In this document: positions 13,901 through 29,000 of the stretch, in pieces
Layout: every line of letters starts with the position of its first letter
How positions within the stretch are numbered: position 1 is the stretch's first letter
DNA from: the human T2T-CHM13v2.0 reference genome, Homo sapiens
NCBI RefSeq assembly: GCF_009914755.1
Contig: NC_060925.1
Direction: 5' to 3' (one strand)
DNA length: 64,000 nucleotides
Notes under the pieces: generated by a model
Seen by the model: only the letters and a program-made list of their open reading frames with translations
What the model was told of the DNA's origin: nothing
The model's database searches: none
Translations under genes and position numbers: made by a program

Positions 13901-16900
13901 CTTCCACTCCATTCCATTAGATGATTCCATTCGAGTCCGTTCGATGATTCTTTTCGATTCCATTCGATAATTCCGTTTGATTCCGTTTGATGTTGATTCC
14001 ATTCGAGTCCATTCGATGATAATTCCATTCGATTCTATGTGATGATTCCACTGCATTCCATTTGGAGATGGTTCCATTCGAGACCATTCCTTGATTGCAT
14101 TCAATTCATTCGATGACGATTCCATTCAATTCCGTTCAATGATTCCATTAGATTCCATTTGATGATGATACCATTCGATTCCATTTGATGATGATTCCAT
14201 GCGATTCCATCAGATGATGACTCCTTTCATTTCATTCAATGAGGATTCCATTCGGTTCCATTTGATGATGATTCCTTTGAATTCCGTTTGATGACAATTC
14301 CATTCAATACCAATTGATGATGGTTATTTTTGATTCCATTTGATGATGATTACTTTCGATTCCATTTGATCATGATTCCATTCGATTCCACTCGATGATT
14401 CCATTCAATGACGTTTCCATTCGATTTCATTGACTATTCCATTCCGTTTCAATCGATGATTCCTTTCAAGTCCATTCGATGATTCTATTCGATTGCATTC
14501 GATTATTCCATTCGATTGCATTCGATAATTCCATTCGATTCCATTTGAGGATAATTCCATTTGAGTCCATTCGATGATTGTTCCATTCGATTCTATTCGG
14601 TGATTCCATTCGATTCCATTTGATAATGATTCCATTCGAGACCATTCGATGATTCCATTCAATTCCATTTAATAATGATTCCATTCGAGTCCATTCAACG
14701 ATTCCATTCAAGTCCATTCGATGATTCCATCTGATTCCATTCAATGAATCCATGCGATTCCATTCTATGATGATTCCATTCATTTCCATCTGATGATGAT
14801 TCCATTCGATTCCATTCAATGATTCCTTTCGATTCCATTTGATGATGATTTCAATAAATTTCATTCGATGATTCCATTCGAATCCATTCGATGATGAGTC
14901 CATCCATTTCTATTTCATGATAATTCCATTCGTTTCAATTCGATGGTGTTTCCATTCGATTCCATTCGATGTTGATTCCATTAGTTTCCATTGGATGATG
15001 ATTACATTCGAGTCCATTCGATGATGATCACAATGGATTTCATTCCATAATTCTATTCGATTCCATTTGATGATGATTCCATCTGATTCCATTTGATGAT
15101 TCCATTCGTTTCCATCCGATGATGATTCCATTCGATTCCGTTCAATGATTATTCCATTCGAGTCCATTCGATGATTCCATTCGATTCCATTCGCTGATGA
15201 TTGCATTCGAGTCCATGGATTCTTCCATTCCATTCCATTAGATGATTCCATTCCAGTCCATTCGATGATTCTCTTCGATTCCATTCGATAATTCCGTTTG
15301 ATTCCGTTTGATGTTGATTCCATTCGAGTCCATTCGATGATAATTCCATTCGATTCTATGCGATGATTCCATTCCATTCCATTTGGAGGTGGTTCCATTC
15401 GAGACCATTCGTTGATTGCATTCAATTCATTCGATGACGATTCCATTCAATTCCGTTCAATGATTCCATTAGATTCCATTTGATGATGATTCCATTCGAT
15501 TCCATTTGATGATGATTCCATGCGATTCCATTAGATGATGACTCCTTTCATTTCCATTCAATGAGGATTCCATTCGGTTCCATTTGATGATGATTCCTTT
15601 GAATTCCATTTGATGACAATTCCATTCAATACCAATTGATGATGTTTATTTTTGATTCCATTTGATGATGATTACATTCGATTCCATTTCATCATGATTC
15701 CATTCGATTCCACTCGATGATTCCATTCGATTCCATTCAATGATTATTCCACTTGAGTCGATTCGATGACTCCATTCGATTGTATTCGATGGTGATTGAA
15801 TTCGAGTCCATGGATTAATCCATTGCATTCCATTCGATGATTCCATTCGAGTCCATTCGATGATTCTATTCGATTGCATTCGATAATTCCATTCGATTGC
15901 ATTCGATAAATCCTTTTGATTCCATTTGAGGATAATTCCATTTGAGTCCATTCGATGATTGTTCCATTCGATTCTATTCGGTGATTCCATTCGACTTCAT
16001 TTGATAATGATTCCATTCGAGACCATTCGATGATTCTATTCAATTCCATTCAATAATGATTCCATTCGAGTCCATTCAACGATTCCATTCAAGTCCATTC
16101 GATGATTCCATCTGATTCCATTCAATGAATCCATGCGATTCCATTCGATGATGATTCCATTCATTTCCATCTGATGATGATTCCATTCGATTCCATTCAA
16201 TGATTCCTTTCGATTCCATTTGATGATGATTTCAATCAATTTCATTCGGTGATTCCATTCGAATCCATTCGATGATGAGTCCATCCATTTCAATTTCATG
16301 ATAATTCCATTCGTTTCAATTCGATGGTGTTTCCATTCGATTGCATTCGATGTTGATTCCATTAGTTTCCATTGTATGATGATTCCATTCGAGTCCATTC
16401 AATGATAATCACATTGGATTTCCTTCCATAATTCTATTCGATTCAATTTGATGATGATTCCATCTGATTCCATTTGATGATCCCATTCGATTCCATTCGA
16501 TGATGATTCCATTCGTTTCCATCCGATGATGATTCCATTCGATTCCGTTCAATGATTATTCCATTCGAGTCCATTCGATGATTCCATTCGATTCCATTCG
16601 ATGATGATTGCATTCGGGTCCATGGATTCTTCCATTCCATTCCATTAGATGATTCCATTCGAGTCCGTTCGATGATTCTCTTCGATTCCATTCGATAATT
16701 CCGTTTGATTCCGTTTGATGTTGATTCCATTCGAGTCCATTCGATGATAATTCCATTCGATTCTATGTGATGATTCCATTCCATTCCATTTGGAGATGGT
16801 TCCTTTCGAGACCATTCGTTGATGGCATTCAATTCATTCGATGACGATTCCATTCAATTCCGTTCAATGATTCCATTAGATTCCATTTGATGATGATTCC

Positions 16901-19900
16901 ATTCGATTCCATTTGATGATGATTCCATGCGATTCCATTAGGTGATGACTCCTTTATTTTCCATTCAATGAGGATTCCATTCGGTTCCATTTGATGATGA
17001 TTCCTTTGAATTCCGTTTGATGACAATTCAATTCAATACCAATTGATGATGGTTATTTTTGATTCCATTTGATGATGATTACTTTCGATTCCATTTAATC
17101 ATGATTCCATTCGATTCCACTCGATGATTCCATTCAATGATGATTCCATTCGAGTTCATTGACTATTCCATTCCATTTCAATCGATGATTCCTTTCAAGT
17201 CCATTCGATGATTCTATTCGATTGCATTCGATTATTCCATTCGATTGCATTCGATAATTCCATTCGATTCCATTTGAGGATAATTCCATTTGAGTCCATT
17301 CGATGATTGTTCCATTCGATTCTATTCCGTGATTCCATTCGATTCCATTTGATAATGATTCCATTCGAGACCATTCGATGATTCCATTCAATTCCATTCA
17401 ATAATGATTCCATTCGTGTCCATTCAACGATTCCATTCAAGTCCATTCGATGATTCCATCTGATTCCATTCAATGAATCCATGCAATTCCATTCTATGAT
17501 GATTCCATTCATTTCCATCTGATGATGATTCCATTCGATTCCATTCAATGATTCCTTTCGATTCCATTTGATGATGATTTCAATCAATTTCATTCGATGA
17601 TTCCATTCGAATCCATTCGATGATGAGTCCATCCATTTCAATTTCATGATAATTCCATTCGTTTCAATTCGATGGTGTTTCCATTCGATTCCATTCGATG
17701 TTGATTCCATTAGTTTCCATTGGATGATGATTCCATTCGAGTCCATTCGATGATGATCACAATGGATTTCATTCCGTAATTCTATTCGATTCCATTTGAT
17801 GATGATTCCATCTGATTCCATTTGATGATTCCATTCGTTTCCATCCGATGATGATTCCATTGGATTCCGTTCAATGATTATTCCATTCGAGTCCATTCGA
17901 TGATTCCATTCGATTACATTCGATGATGATTGCATTCGAGTCCATGGATTCTTCCATTCCATTCCATTAGATGATTCCATTCGAGTCCATTCGATGATTC
18001 TCTTCGATTCCATTCGATAATTCCGTTTGATTCCGTTTGATGTTGATTCCATTCGAGTCCATTCGATGATAATTCCATTCAATTCTATGCGATGATTCCA
18101 TTCCATTCCATTTGGAGGTGGTTCCATTCGAGACCATTCGTTGATTGCATTCAATTCATTCGATGATGATTCCATTCAATTTCGTTCAATGATTCCATTA
18201 GATTTCATTTGATGATGATTCCATTCGATTCCATTTGATGATGATTCCATGCGATTCCATTAGATGATGACTCCTTTCATTTCCATTCAATGAGGATTCC
18301 ATTCGGTTCCATTTGATGATGATTCCTTTGAATTCCATTTCATGACAATTCCATTCAATACCAATTGATGATGTTTATTTTTGATTCCATTTGATGATGA
18401 TTACATTCGATTCCATTTCATCATGATTCCATTCGATTCCACTCGATGATTCCATTCGATTCCATTCAATGATTATTCCACTTGAGTCGATTCGATGACT
18501 CCATTCGACTGTATTCGATGGTGATTGAATTCGAGTCCATGGATTAATCCATTGCATTCCATTCGATGATTCCATTCGAGTCCATTAGATGATTCTATTC
18601 GATTACATTCGATAATTCCATTCGATTGCATTCGATAAATCCATTTGATTCCATTTGAGGATAATTCCATTTGAGTCCATTCGATGATTGTTCCATTCGA
18701 TTCTATTCGGTGATTCCATTCGACTTCATTTGATAATGATTCCATTCGAGACCATTCGATGATTCTATTCAATTCCATTCAATAATGATTCCATTCGAGT
18801 CCATTCAACGATTCCATTCAAGTCCATTCAATGATTCCATCTGATTCCATTCAATGAATCCATGCGATTCCATTCTATGATGATTCCATTCATTTCCATC
18901 TGATGATGATTCCATTCGATTCCATTCAATGATTCCTTTCGATTCCATTTGATGATGATTTCAATCAATTTCATTCGATGATTCCATTCGAATCCATTCG
19001 ATGATGAGTCCATCCATTTCTATTTCATGATAATTCCATTCGTTTCAATTCGATGGTGTTTCCATTCGATTCCATTCGATGTTGATTCCATTAGTTTCCA
19101 TTGGATGATGATTCCATTCGAGTCCATTCAATGATGATCACATTGGATTTCATTCCATAATTCTATTCGATTCCATTTGATGATGATTCCATCTCATTCC
19201 ATTTGATGATCCCATTCGATTCCATTCGATGATGATTCCATTCGTTTCCATCCGATGATGACTCCATTCGATTCCGTTCAATGATTATTCCATTCGAGTC
19301 CATTCGATGATTCCATTTTCGATTCCATTCGTTGATGATTGCACTCGAGTCCATGGATTCTTCCACTCCATTCCATTAGATGATTCCATTCGAGTCCGTT
19401 CGATGATTCTCTTCGATTCCATTCGATAATTCCGTTTGATTCCGTTTGATGTTGATTCCATTCGAGTCCATTCGATGATAATTCCATTCGATTCTATGCG
19501 ATGATTCCATTCCATTCCATTTGGAGATGGTTCCATTCGAGACCATTCGTTGAGGGCATTCAATTCATTCGATGACGATTCCATTCAACTCCGTTCAATG
19601 ATTCCATTAGATTCCATTTGATGATGATTCCATTCGATTCCATTTGATGATGATTCCATTCGATTCCATTAGATGATGACTCCTTTCATTTCCATTCAAT
19701 GAGGATTCCATTCGGTTCCATTTGATGATGATTCCTTTCAATTCCGTTTGATCACAATTCCATTCAATACCAATTGATGATGGTTATTTTTGATTCCATT
19801 TGATGATGATTACTTTCGATTCCATTTGATCATGATTCCATTCGATTCCACTCGATGATTCCATTCAATGATGATTCCATTCGAGTTCATTGACTATTCC

Positions 19901-20429
19901 ATTCCATTTCAATCGATGATTCCTTTCAAGTCCATTCGATGATTCTATTCGATTGCATTCGATTATTCCATTCGATTGCATTCGATAATTCCATTCGATT
20001 CCATTTGAGGATAATTCCATTTGAGTCCATTCGATGATTGTTCCATTCGATTCTATTCGGTGATTCCATTCGATTCCATTTGATAATGATTCCATTCGAG
20101 TCCATTCAATGATTCCATTCAAGTCCATTCGATGATTCCATCTGATTCCATTCAATGAATCCATTCGATTCCATTCTATGATGATTCCATTCATTTCCAT
20201 CTGATGATGATTCCATTCGATTCCATTCAATGATTCCATTCGATTCCATTTGATGATGATTTCAATCAATTTCATTCGATGATTCCATTCGAATCCATTC
20301 GATGATGAGTCCATCCATTTCAATTTCATGATAATTCCATTCGTTTCAATTCGATGGTGTTTCCATTCGATTCCATTCAATGTTGATTCCATTAGTTTCC
20401 ATTGGATGATGATTCCATTCGAATCCATT

Positions 20430-23400
20430 CGATGATGATCACAATGGATTTCATTCCATAATTCTATTCGATTCCATTTGATGATGATTCCATCTGATTC
20501 CATTTGATGATTCCATTCGTTTCCATCCGATGATGATTCCATTCGATTCCGTTCAATGATTATTCCATTCGAGTCCATTCGATGATTCCATTCGATTCCA
20601 TTCGATGATGATTGCATTCGAGTCCATGGATTCTTCCATTCCATTCCATTAGATGATTCCATTCGAGTCCATTCGATGATTCTCTTCGATTCCATTCGAT
20701 AATTCCGTTTGATTCCGTTTGATGTTGATTCCATTCGAGTCCATTCGATGATAATTCCATTCGATTGTATGCGATGATTCCATTCCATTCCATTTGGAGG
20801 TGGTTCCATTCGAGACCATTCGTTGATTGCATTCAATTCATTCGATGACGATTCCATTCAATTCCGTTCAATGATTCCATTAGATTCCATTTGATGATGA
20901 TTCCATTCGATTCCATTTGATGATGATTCCATGCGATTCCATTAGATGATGACTCCTTTCATTTCCATTCAATGAGGATTCCATTCGGTTCCATTTGATG
21001 ATGATTCCTTTGAATTCCATTTGATGACAATTCCATTCAATACCAATTGATGATGGTTATTTTTGATTCCATTTGATGATGATTACATTCGATTCCATTT
21101 GATCATGATTCCATTCGATTCCACTCGATGATTCCATTCGATTCCATTCAATGATTATTCCATTTGAGTCGATTCGATGACTCCATTCGATTGTATTCGA
21201 TGGTGATTGAATTCGAGTCCATGGATTAATCCATTGCATTCCATTCGATGATTCCATTCGAGTCCATTCGATGATTCTATTCGATTGTATTCGATAATTC
21301 CATTCGATTGCATTCGATAAATCCATTTGAGTCCATTTGAGGATAATTCCATTTGAGTCCATTCGATGATAGTTCCATTCGATTCTATTCGGTGATTCCA
21401 TTCGACTTCATTTGATAATGATTCCATTCGAGACCATTCGATGATTCTATTCAATTCCATTCAATAATGATTCCATTCGAGTCCATTCAACGATTCCATT
21501 CAAGTCCATTCGATGATTCCATCTGATTCCATTCAATGAATCCATGCGATTCCATTCTATGATGATTCCATTCATTTCCATCTGATGATGATTCCATTCG
21601 ATTCCATTCAATGATTCCTTTCGATTCCATTTGATGATGATTTCAATCAATTTCATTCGATGATTCCATTCGAATCCATTCGATGATGAGTCCATCCATT
21701 TCAATTTCATGATAATTCCATTCGTTTCAATTCGATGGTGTTTCCATTCGATTCCATTCGATGTTGATTCCATTAGTTTCCATTGGATGATGATTCCATT
21801 CGAGTCCATTTAATGATGGCCACATTGGATTTCATTCCATAATTCTATTCGATTCCATTTGATGATGATTCCATCTGATTCCATTTGATGATCCCATTCG
21901 ATTCCATTCGATGATGATTCCATTCGTTTCCATCCGATGATGATTCCATTCGATTCCGTTCAATGATTATTCCATTCGAGTCCATTCGATGAATCCATTC
22001 GATTCCATTCGATTATGATTACATTCGAGTCCATGAATTCTTCCATTCCATTCCATTAGATGATTCCATTCGAGTCCGTTCGATGATTCTCTTCGATTCC
22101 ATTCGATAATTCTGTTTGATTCCGTTTGATGTTGATTCCATTCGAGTCCGTTCGATGATAATTCCATTCGATTCTATGCGATGATTCCATTCCATTCCAT
22201 TTGGAGATGGTTCCATTCGAGACCATTCGTTGATTGCATTCAATTCATTCGATGACGATTCCATTCAATTCCGTTCAATGATTCCATTAGATTCCATTTG
22301 ATGATGATTCCATTCGATTCCATTTGATGATGATTCCATGCGATTCCATTAGAGGATGACTCCTTTCATTTCCATTCAATGAGGATTCCATTCGGTTCCA
22401 TTTGATGATGATTCCTTTGAATTCCGTTTGATGACAATTCCATTCAATACCAATTGATGATGGTTATTTTGATTCCATTTGATGATGATTACTTTCGATT
22501 CCATTTGATCATGATTCCATTCGATTCCACTCGATGATTCCATTCAATGATGATTCCATTCGAGTTCATTGACTATTCCATTCCATTTCAATCGATGATT
22601 CCTTTCAAGTCCATTCGATGATTCTATTCGATTGCATTCGATTATTCCATTCGATTGCATTCGATAATTCCATTCGATTCCATTTGAGGATAATTCCATT
22701 TGAGTCCATTCGATGATTGTTCCATTCGATTCTATTCGGTGATTCCATTCGATTCCATTTGATAATGATTCCATTCGAGACCATTCGATGATTCCATTCA
22801 ATTCCATTCAATAATGATTCCATTCGAGTCCATTCAATTATTCCATGCAAGTCCATTCGATGATTCCATCTGATTCCATTCAATGAATCCATTCGATTCC
22901 ATTCTATGATGATTCCATTCATTTCCATCTGATGATGATTCCATTCGATTCCATTCAATGATTCCATTCGATTACATTTGATGATGATTTCAATCAATTT
23001 CATTCGATGATTCCATTCGAATCCATTCGATGATGAGTCCATCCATTTCAATTTCATGATAATTCCATTCGTTTCAATTCGATGGAGTTTCCATTCGATT
23101 CCATTCGATGTTGATTCCATTAGTTTCCATTGGATGATGATTCCATTCGAGTCCATTCGATGATGATCACAATGGATTTCATTCCATAATTCTATTCGAT
23201 TCCATTTGATGATGATTCCATCTGATTCCATTTGATGATTCCATTCGTTTCCATCCGATGATGATTCCATTCGATTCCGTTCAATGATTATTCCATTCGA
23301 GTCCATTCGATGATTCCATTCGATTCCATTCGATGATGATTGCATTCGAGTCCATGGATTCTTCCATTCCATTCCATTAGATGATTCCATTCGAGTCCAT

Positions 23401-26030
23401 TCGATGATTCTCTTCGATTCCATTCGATAATTCCGTTTGATTCCGTTTGATGTTGATTCCATTCGAGTCCATTCGATGATAATTCCATTCGATTGTATGC
23501 GATGATTCCATTCCATTCCATTTGGAGGTGGTTCCATTCGAGACCATTCGTTGATTGCATTCAATTCATTCGATGACGATTCCATTCAATTCCGTTCAAT
23601 GATTCCATTAGATTCCATTTGATGATGATTCCATTCGATTCCATTTGATGATGATTCCATGCGATTCCATTAGATGATGACTCCTTTCATTTCCATTCAA
23701 TGAGGATTCCATTCGGTTCCATTTGATGATGATTCCTTTGAATTCCATTTGATGACAATTCCATTCAATACCAATTGATGATGGTTATTTTTGATTCCAT
23801 TTGATGATGATTACATTCGATTCCATTTGATCATGATTCCATTCGATTCCACTCGATGATTCCATTCGATTCCATTCAATGATTATTCCATTTGAGTCGA
23901 TTCGATGACTCCATTCGATTGTATTCGATGGTGATTGAATTCGAGTCCATGGATTAATCCATTGCATTCCATTCGATGATTCCATTCGAGTCCATTCGAT
24001 GATTCTATTCGATTGTATTCGATAATTCCATTCGATTGCATTCGATAAATCCATTTGAGTCCATTTGAGGATAATTCCATTTGAGTCCATTCGATGATAG
24101 TTCCATTCGATTCTATTCGGTGATTCCATTCGACTTCATTTGATAATGATTCCATTCGAGACCATTCGATGATTCTATTCAATTCCATTCAATAATGATT
24201 CCATTCGAGTCCATTCAACGATTCCATTCAAGTCCATTCGATGATTCCATCTGATTCCATTCAATGAATCCATGCGATTCCATTCTATGATGATTCCATT
24301 CATTTCCATCTGATGATGATTCCATTCGATTCCATTCAATGATTCCTTTCGATTCCATTTGATGATGATTTCAATCAATTTCATTCGATGATTCCATTCG
24401 AATCCATTCGATGATGAGTCCATCCATTTCAATTTCATGATAATTCCATTCGTTTCAATTCGATGGTGTTTCCATTCGATTCCATTCGATGTTGATTCCA
24501 TTAGTTTCCATTGGATGATGATTCCATTCGAGTCCATTTAATGATGGCCACATTGGATTTCATTCCATAATTCTATTCGATTCCATTTGATGATGATTCC
24601 ATCTGATTCCATTTGATGATCCCATTCGATTCCATTCGATGATGATTCCATTCGTTTCCATCCGATGATGATTCCATTCGATTCCGTTCAATGATTATTC
24701 CATTCGAGTCCATTCGATGAATCCATTCGATTCCATTCGATTATGATTACATTCGAGTCCATGAATTCTTCCATTCCATTCCATTAGATGATTCCATTCG
24801 AGTCCGTTCGATGATTCTCTTCGATTCCATTCGATAATTCTGTTTGATTCCGTTTGATGTTGATTCCATTCGAGTCCGTTCGATGATAATTCCATTCGAT
24901 TCTATGCGATGATTCCATTCCATTCCATTTGGAGATGGTTCCATTCGAGACCATTCGTTGATTGCATTCAATTCATTCGATGACGATTCCATTCAATTCC
25001 GTTCAATGATTCCATTAGATTCCATTTGATGATGATTCCATTCGATTCCATTTGATGATGATTCCATGCGATTCCATTAGAGGATGACTCCTTTCATTTC
25101 CATTCAATGAGGATTCCATTCGGTTCCATTTGATGATGATTCCTTTGAATTCCGTTTGATGACAATTCCATTCAATACCAATTGATGATGGTTATTTTGA
25201 TTCCATTTGATGATGATTACTTTCGATTCCATTTGATCATGATTCCATTCGATTCCACTCGATGATTCCATTCAATGATGATTCCATTCGAGTTCATTGA
25301 CTATTCCATTCCATTTCAATCGATGATTCCTTTCAAGTCCATTCGATGATTCTATTCGATTGCATTCGATTATTCCATTCGATTGCATTCGATAATTCCA
25401 TTCGATTCCATTTGAGGATAATTCCATTTGAGTCCATTCGATGATTGTTCCATTCGATTCTATTCGGTGATTCCATTCGATTCCATTTGATAATGATTCC
25501 ATTCGAGACCATTCGATGATTCCATTCAATTCCATTCAATAATGATTCCATTCGAGTCCATTCAATTATTCCATGCAAGTCCATTCGATGATTCCATCTG
25601 ATTCCATTCAATGAATCCATTCGATTCCATTCTATGATGATTCCATTCATTTCCATCTGATGATGATTCCATTCGATTCCATTCAATGATTCCATTCGAT
25701 TCCATTTGATGATGATTTCAATCAATTTCATTCGATGATTCCATTCGAATCCATTCGATGATGAGTCCATCCATTTCAATTTCATGATAATTCCATTCGT
25801 TTCAATTCGATGGAGTTTCCATTCGATTCCATTCGATGTTGATTCCATTAGTTTCCATTGGATGATGATTCCATTCGAGTCCATTCGATGATGATCACAA
25901 TGGATTTCATTCCATAATTCTATTCGATTCCATTTGATGATGATTCCATCTGATTCCATTTGATGATTCCATTCGTTTCCATCCGATGATGATTCCATTC
26001 GATTCCGTTCAATGATTATTCCATTCGAGT
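20430..26030 (+). repeat. Near-identical tandem duplication, period 2728 bp
   Basis: Rare variants repeat exactly 2728 bp apart: gattgtatgc (20763/23491), taatgatggccac (~21811/24539), gattatgattacattcg, tctgtttg, agaggatgac and caattattccatgcaag (~22835/25563). ORF pairs are identical (21057/23785, 21967/24695, 22019/24747). Confidence 0.88.
22451..23771 (+). repeat. Representative B-type monomer (1321 bp)
   Basis: Diagnostic 'gattactttcg' and 'gagttcattgactattccattccatttcaatcgatgattcctttcaag'. It lacks the A head and usually the 26-bp block. The 1321/1322-bp spacing recurs many times. Confidence 0.88.
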
Positions 26031-29000
26031 CCATTCTATGATTCCATTCGATTCCATTCGATGATGATTGCATTCGAGACCATGGATTCTTCCATTCCAT
26101 TTCATTAGATGATTCCATTCGAGTCCATTCGATGATTCTCTTCGATTCCATTCGATAATTCCGTTTGATTCCGTTTGATGTTGATTACATTCGAGTCCAT
26201 TCGATGATAATTCCATTCGATTCTATGCGATGATTCCATTCCATTCCAATTGGAGGTGGTTCCATTCGAGACCATTCGTTGATTGCATTCAATTCATTCG
26301 ATGACGATTCCATTCAATTCCGTTCAATGATTCCATTAGATTCCATTTGATGATGATTCCATTCTATTCCATTTGATGATGATTCCATGCGATTCCATTA
26401 GATGATGACTCCTTTCATTTCCATTCAATGAGGATTCCATTCGGTTCCATTTGATGATGATTCCTTTGAATTCCGTTTGATGACAATTCCATTCAATACC
26501 AATTGATGATGTTTATTTTTGATTCCATTTGATGATGATTACATTCGATTCCATTTGATCATGATTCCATTCGATTCCACTCGATGATTCCATTCGATTC
26601 CATTCAATGATTATTCCATTTGAGTCGATTCGATAACTCCATTCGATTGTATTCGATGGTGATTGAATTCGAGTCCATGGATTAATCCATTGCATTCCTC
26701 TCGATGATTCCATTCGAGTCCATTCGATGATTCTATTCGATTGCATTCGATAATTCCATTCGATTGCATTCGATAAATCCATTTGATTCCATTTGAGGAT
26801 ACTTCCTTTTGAGTCCATTCGATGATAGTTCCATTCGATTCTATTCGGTGATTCCATTCGACTTCATTTGATAATGATTCCATTCGAGACCATTCGATGA
26901 TTCTATTCAATTCCATTCAATAATGATTCCATTCGAGTCCATTCAACGATTCCATTCAAGTCCATTCGATGATTCCATCTGATTCCATTCAATGAATCCA
27001 TGCGATTCCATTCTATGATGATTCCATTCATTTCCATCTGATGATGATTCCATTCGATTGCATTCAATGATTCCTTTCGATTCCATTTGATGATGATTTC
27101 AATCAATTTCATTCGATGATTCCATTCGAATCCATTCGATGATGAGTCCATCCATTTCAATTTCATGACAATTCCATTCGTTTCAATTCGATGGTGTTTC
27201 CATTCGATTCCATTCGATGTTGATTCCATTAGTTTCCATTGGATGATGATTCCATTCGAGTCCATTCAATGATGATCACATTGGATTTCATTCCATAATT
27301 CTATTCGATTCCATTTGATGATGATTCCATCTGATTCCATTTGATGATCCCATTCGATTCCATTCGATGATGATTCCATTCGTTTCCATCCGATGATGAT
27401 TCCATTCGATTCCGTTCAATGATTATTCCATTCGAGTCCATTCGATGATTCCATTCGATTCCATTCGATGATGATTGCATTCGGGTCCATGGATTCTTCC
27501 ATTCCATTCCATTAGATGAATCCATTCGAGCCCGTTCGATGATTCTCTTCGATTCCATTCGATAATTCCGTTTGATTCCGTTTGATGTTGATTCCATTCG
27601 AGTCCATTCGATGATAATTCCATTCGATTCTATGCGATGATTCCATTCCATTCCATTTGCAGATGGCTCCATTCGAGACCATTCGTTGATTGCATTCAAT
27701 TCATTCGATGACGATTCCATTCAATTCCGTTCAGTGATTCCATTAGATTCCATTTGGTGATGATTCCATTCGATTCCATTTGATGATGATTCCATGTGAT
27801 TCCATTAGATGATGACTCCTTTCATTTCCATTCAATGAGGATTCCATTCGGTTCCATTTGATGATGATTCCTTTGAATTCCATTTGATGACAATTCCATT
27901 CAATACCAATTGATGATGTTTATTTTTGATTCCATTTGATGATGATTACATTCGATTCCATTTGATCATGATTCCATTCGATTCCATTCAATGATTATTC
28001 CATTTGAGTCGATTCGATGACTCCATTCGATTGTATTCGATGGTGATTGAATTCGAGTCCATGGATTAATCCATTGCATTCCATTCGATGATTCCATTCG
28101 AGTCCATCCGATGATTTTATTCGATTGCATTCGATAATTCCATTCGATTGCATTCGATAAATCCATTTGATTCCATTTGAGGATAATTCCATTTGAGTCC
28201 ATTCGATGATTGTTCCATTCGATTCTATTCGGTGATTCCATTCGACTTCATTTGACAATGATTCCATTCGAGACCATTCGATGATTCTATTCAATTCCAT
28301 TCAATAATGATTCCATTCGAGTCCATTCAACGATTCCATTCAAGTCCATTCGATGATTCCATCTGATTCCATTCAATGAATCCATGCGATTCCATTCTAT
28401 GATGATTCCATTCATTTCCATCTGATGATGATTCCATTCGATTCCGTTCAATGATTCCTTTTGATTCCATTTGATGATGATTTCAATCAATTTTATTCGA
28501 TGATTCCATTCGAATCCATTCGATGATGAGTCCATCCATTTCAATTTCATGATAATTCCATTCGTTTCAATTCGATGGTGTTTCCATTCGATTCCATTCG
28601 ATGTTGATTCCATTAGTTTCCATTGGATGATGATTCCATTCGAGTCCATTCAATGATGATCACATTGGATTTCATTCCATAATTCTATTCGATTCCATTT
28701 GATGATGATTCCATCTGATTCCATTTGATGATCCCATTCGATTCCATTCGATGATGATTCCATTCGTTTCCATCCGATGATGATTCCATTCGATTCCGTT
28801 CAATGATTATTCCATTCGAGTCCATTCGATGATTCCATTCGACTCCATTGGATGATGATTGCATTCGAGTTCATGGATTCTTCCATTCCATTCCATTAGA
28901 TGATTCCATTCGAGTCCGTTCGATGATTCTCTTCGATTCCATTCGATAATTCCGTTTGATTCCGTTTGATGTTGATTCCATTCGAGTCCATTCGATGATA

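Larger units (their letters stand above)
12903..27906 (+). repeat. Run of strictly alternating A-B units (~2.73-kb dimeric higher-order repeat)
   Basis: Unit order from 12903 is A B A B A B A B A B A. Dimer lengths are 2730, 2729, 2682 (49-bp deletion), 2728 and 2728. Confidence 0.85.
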
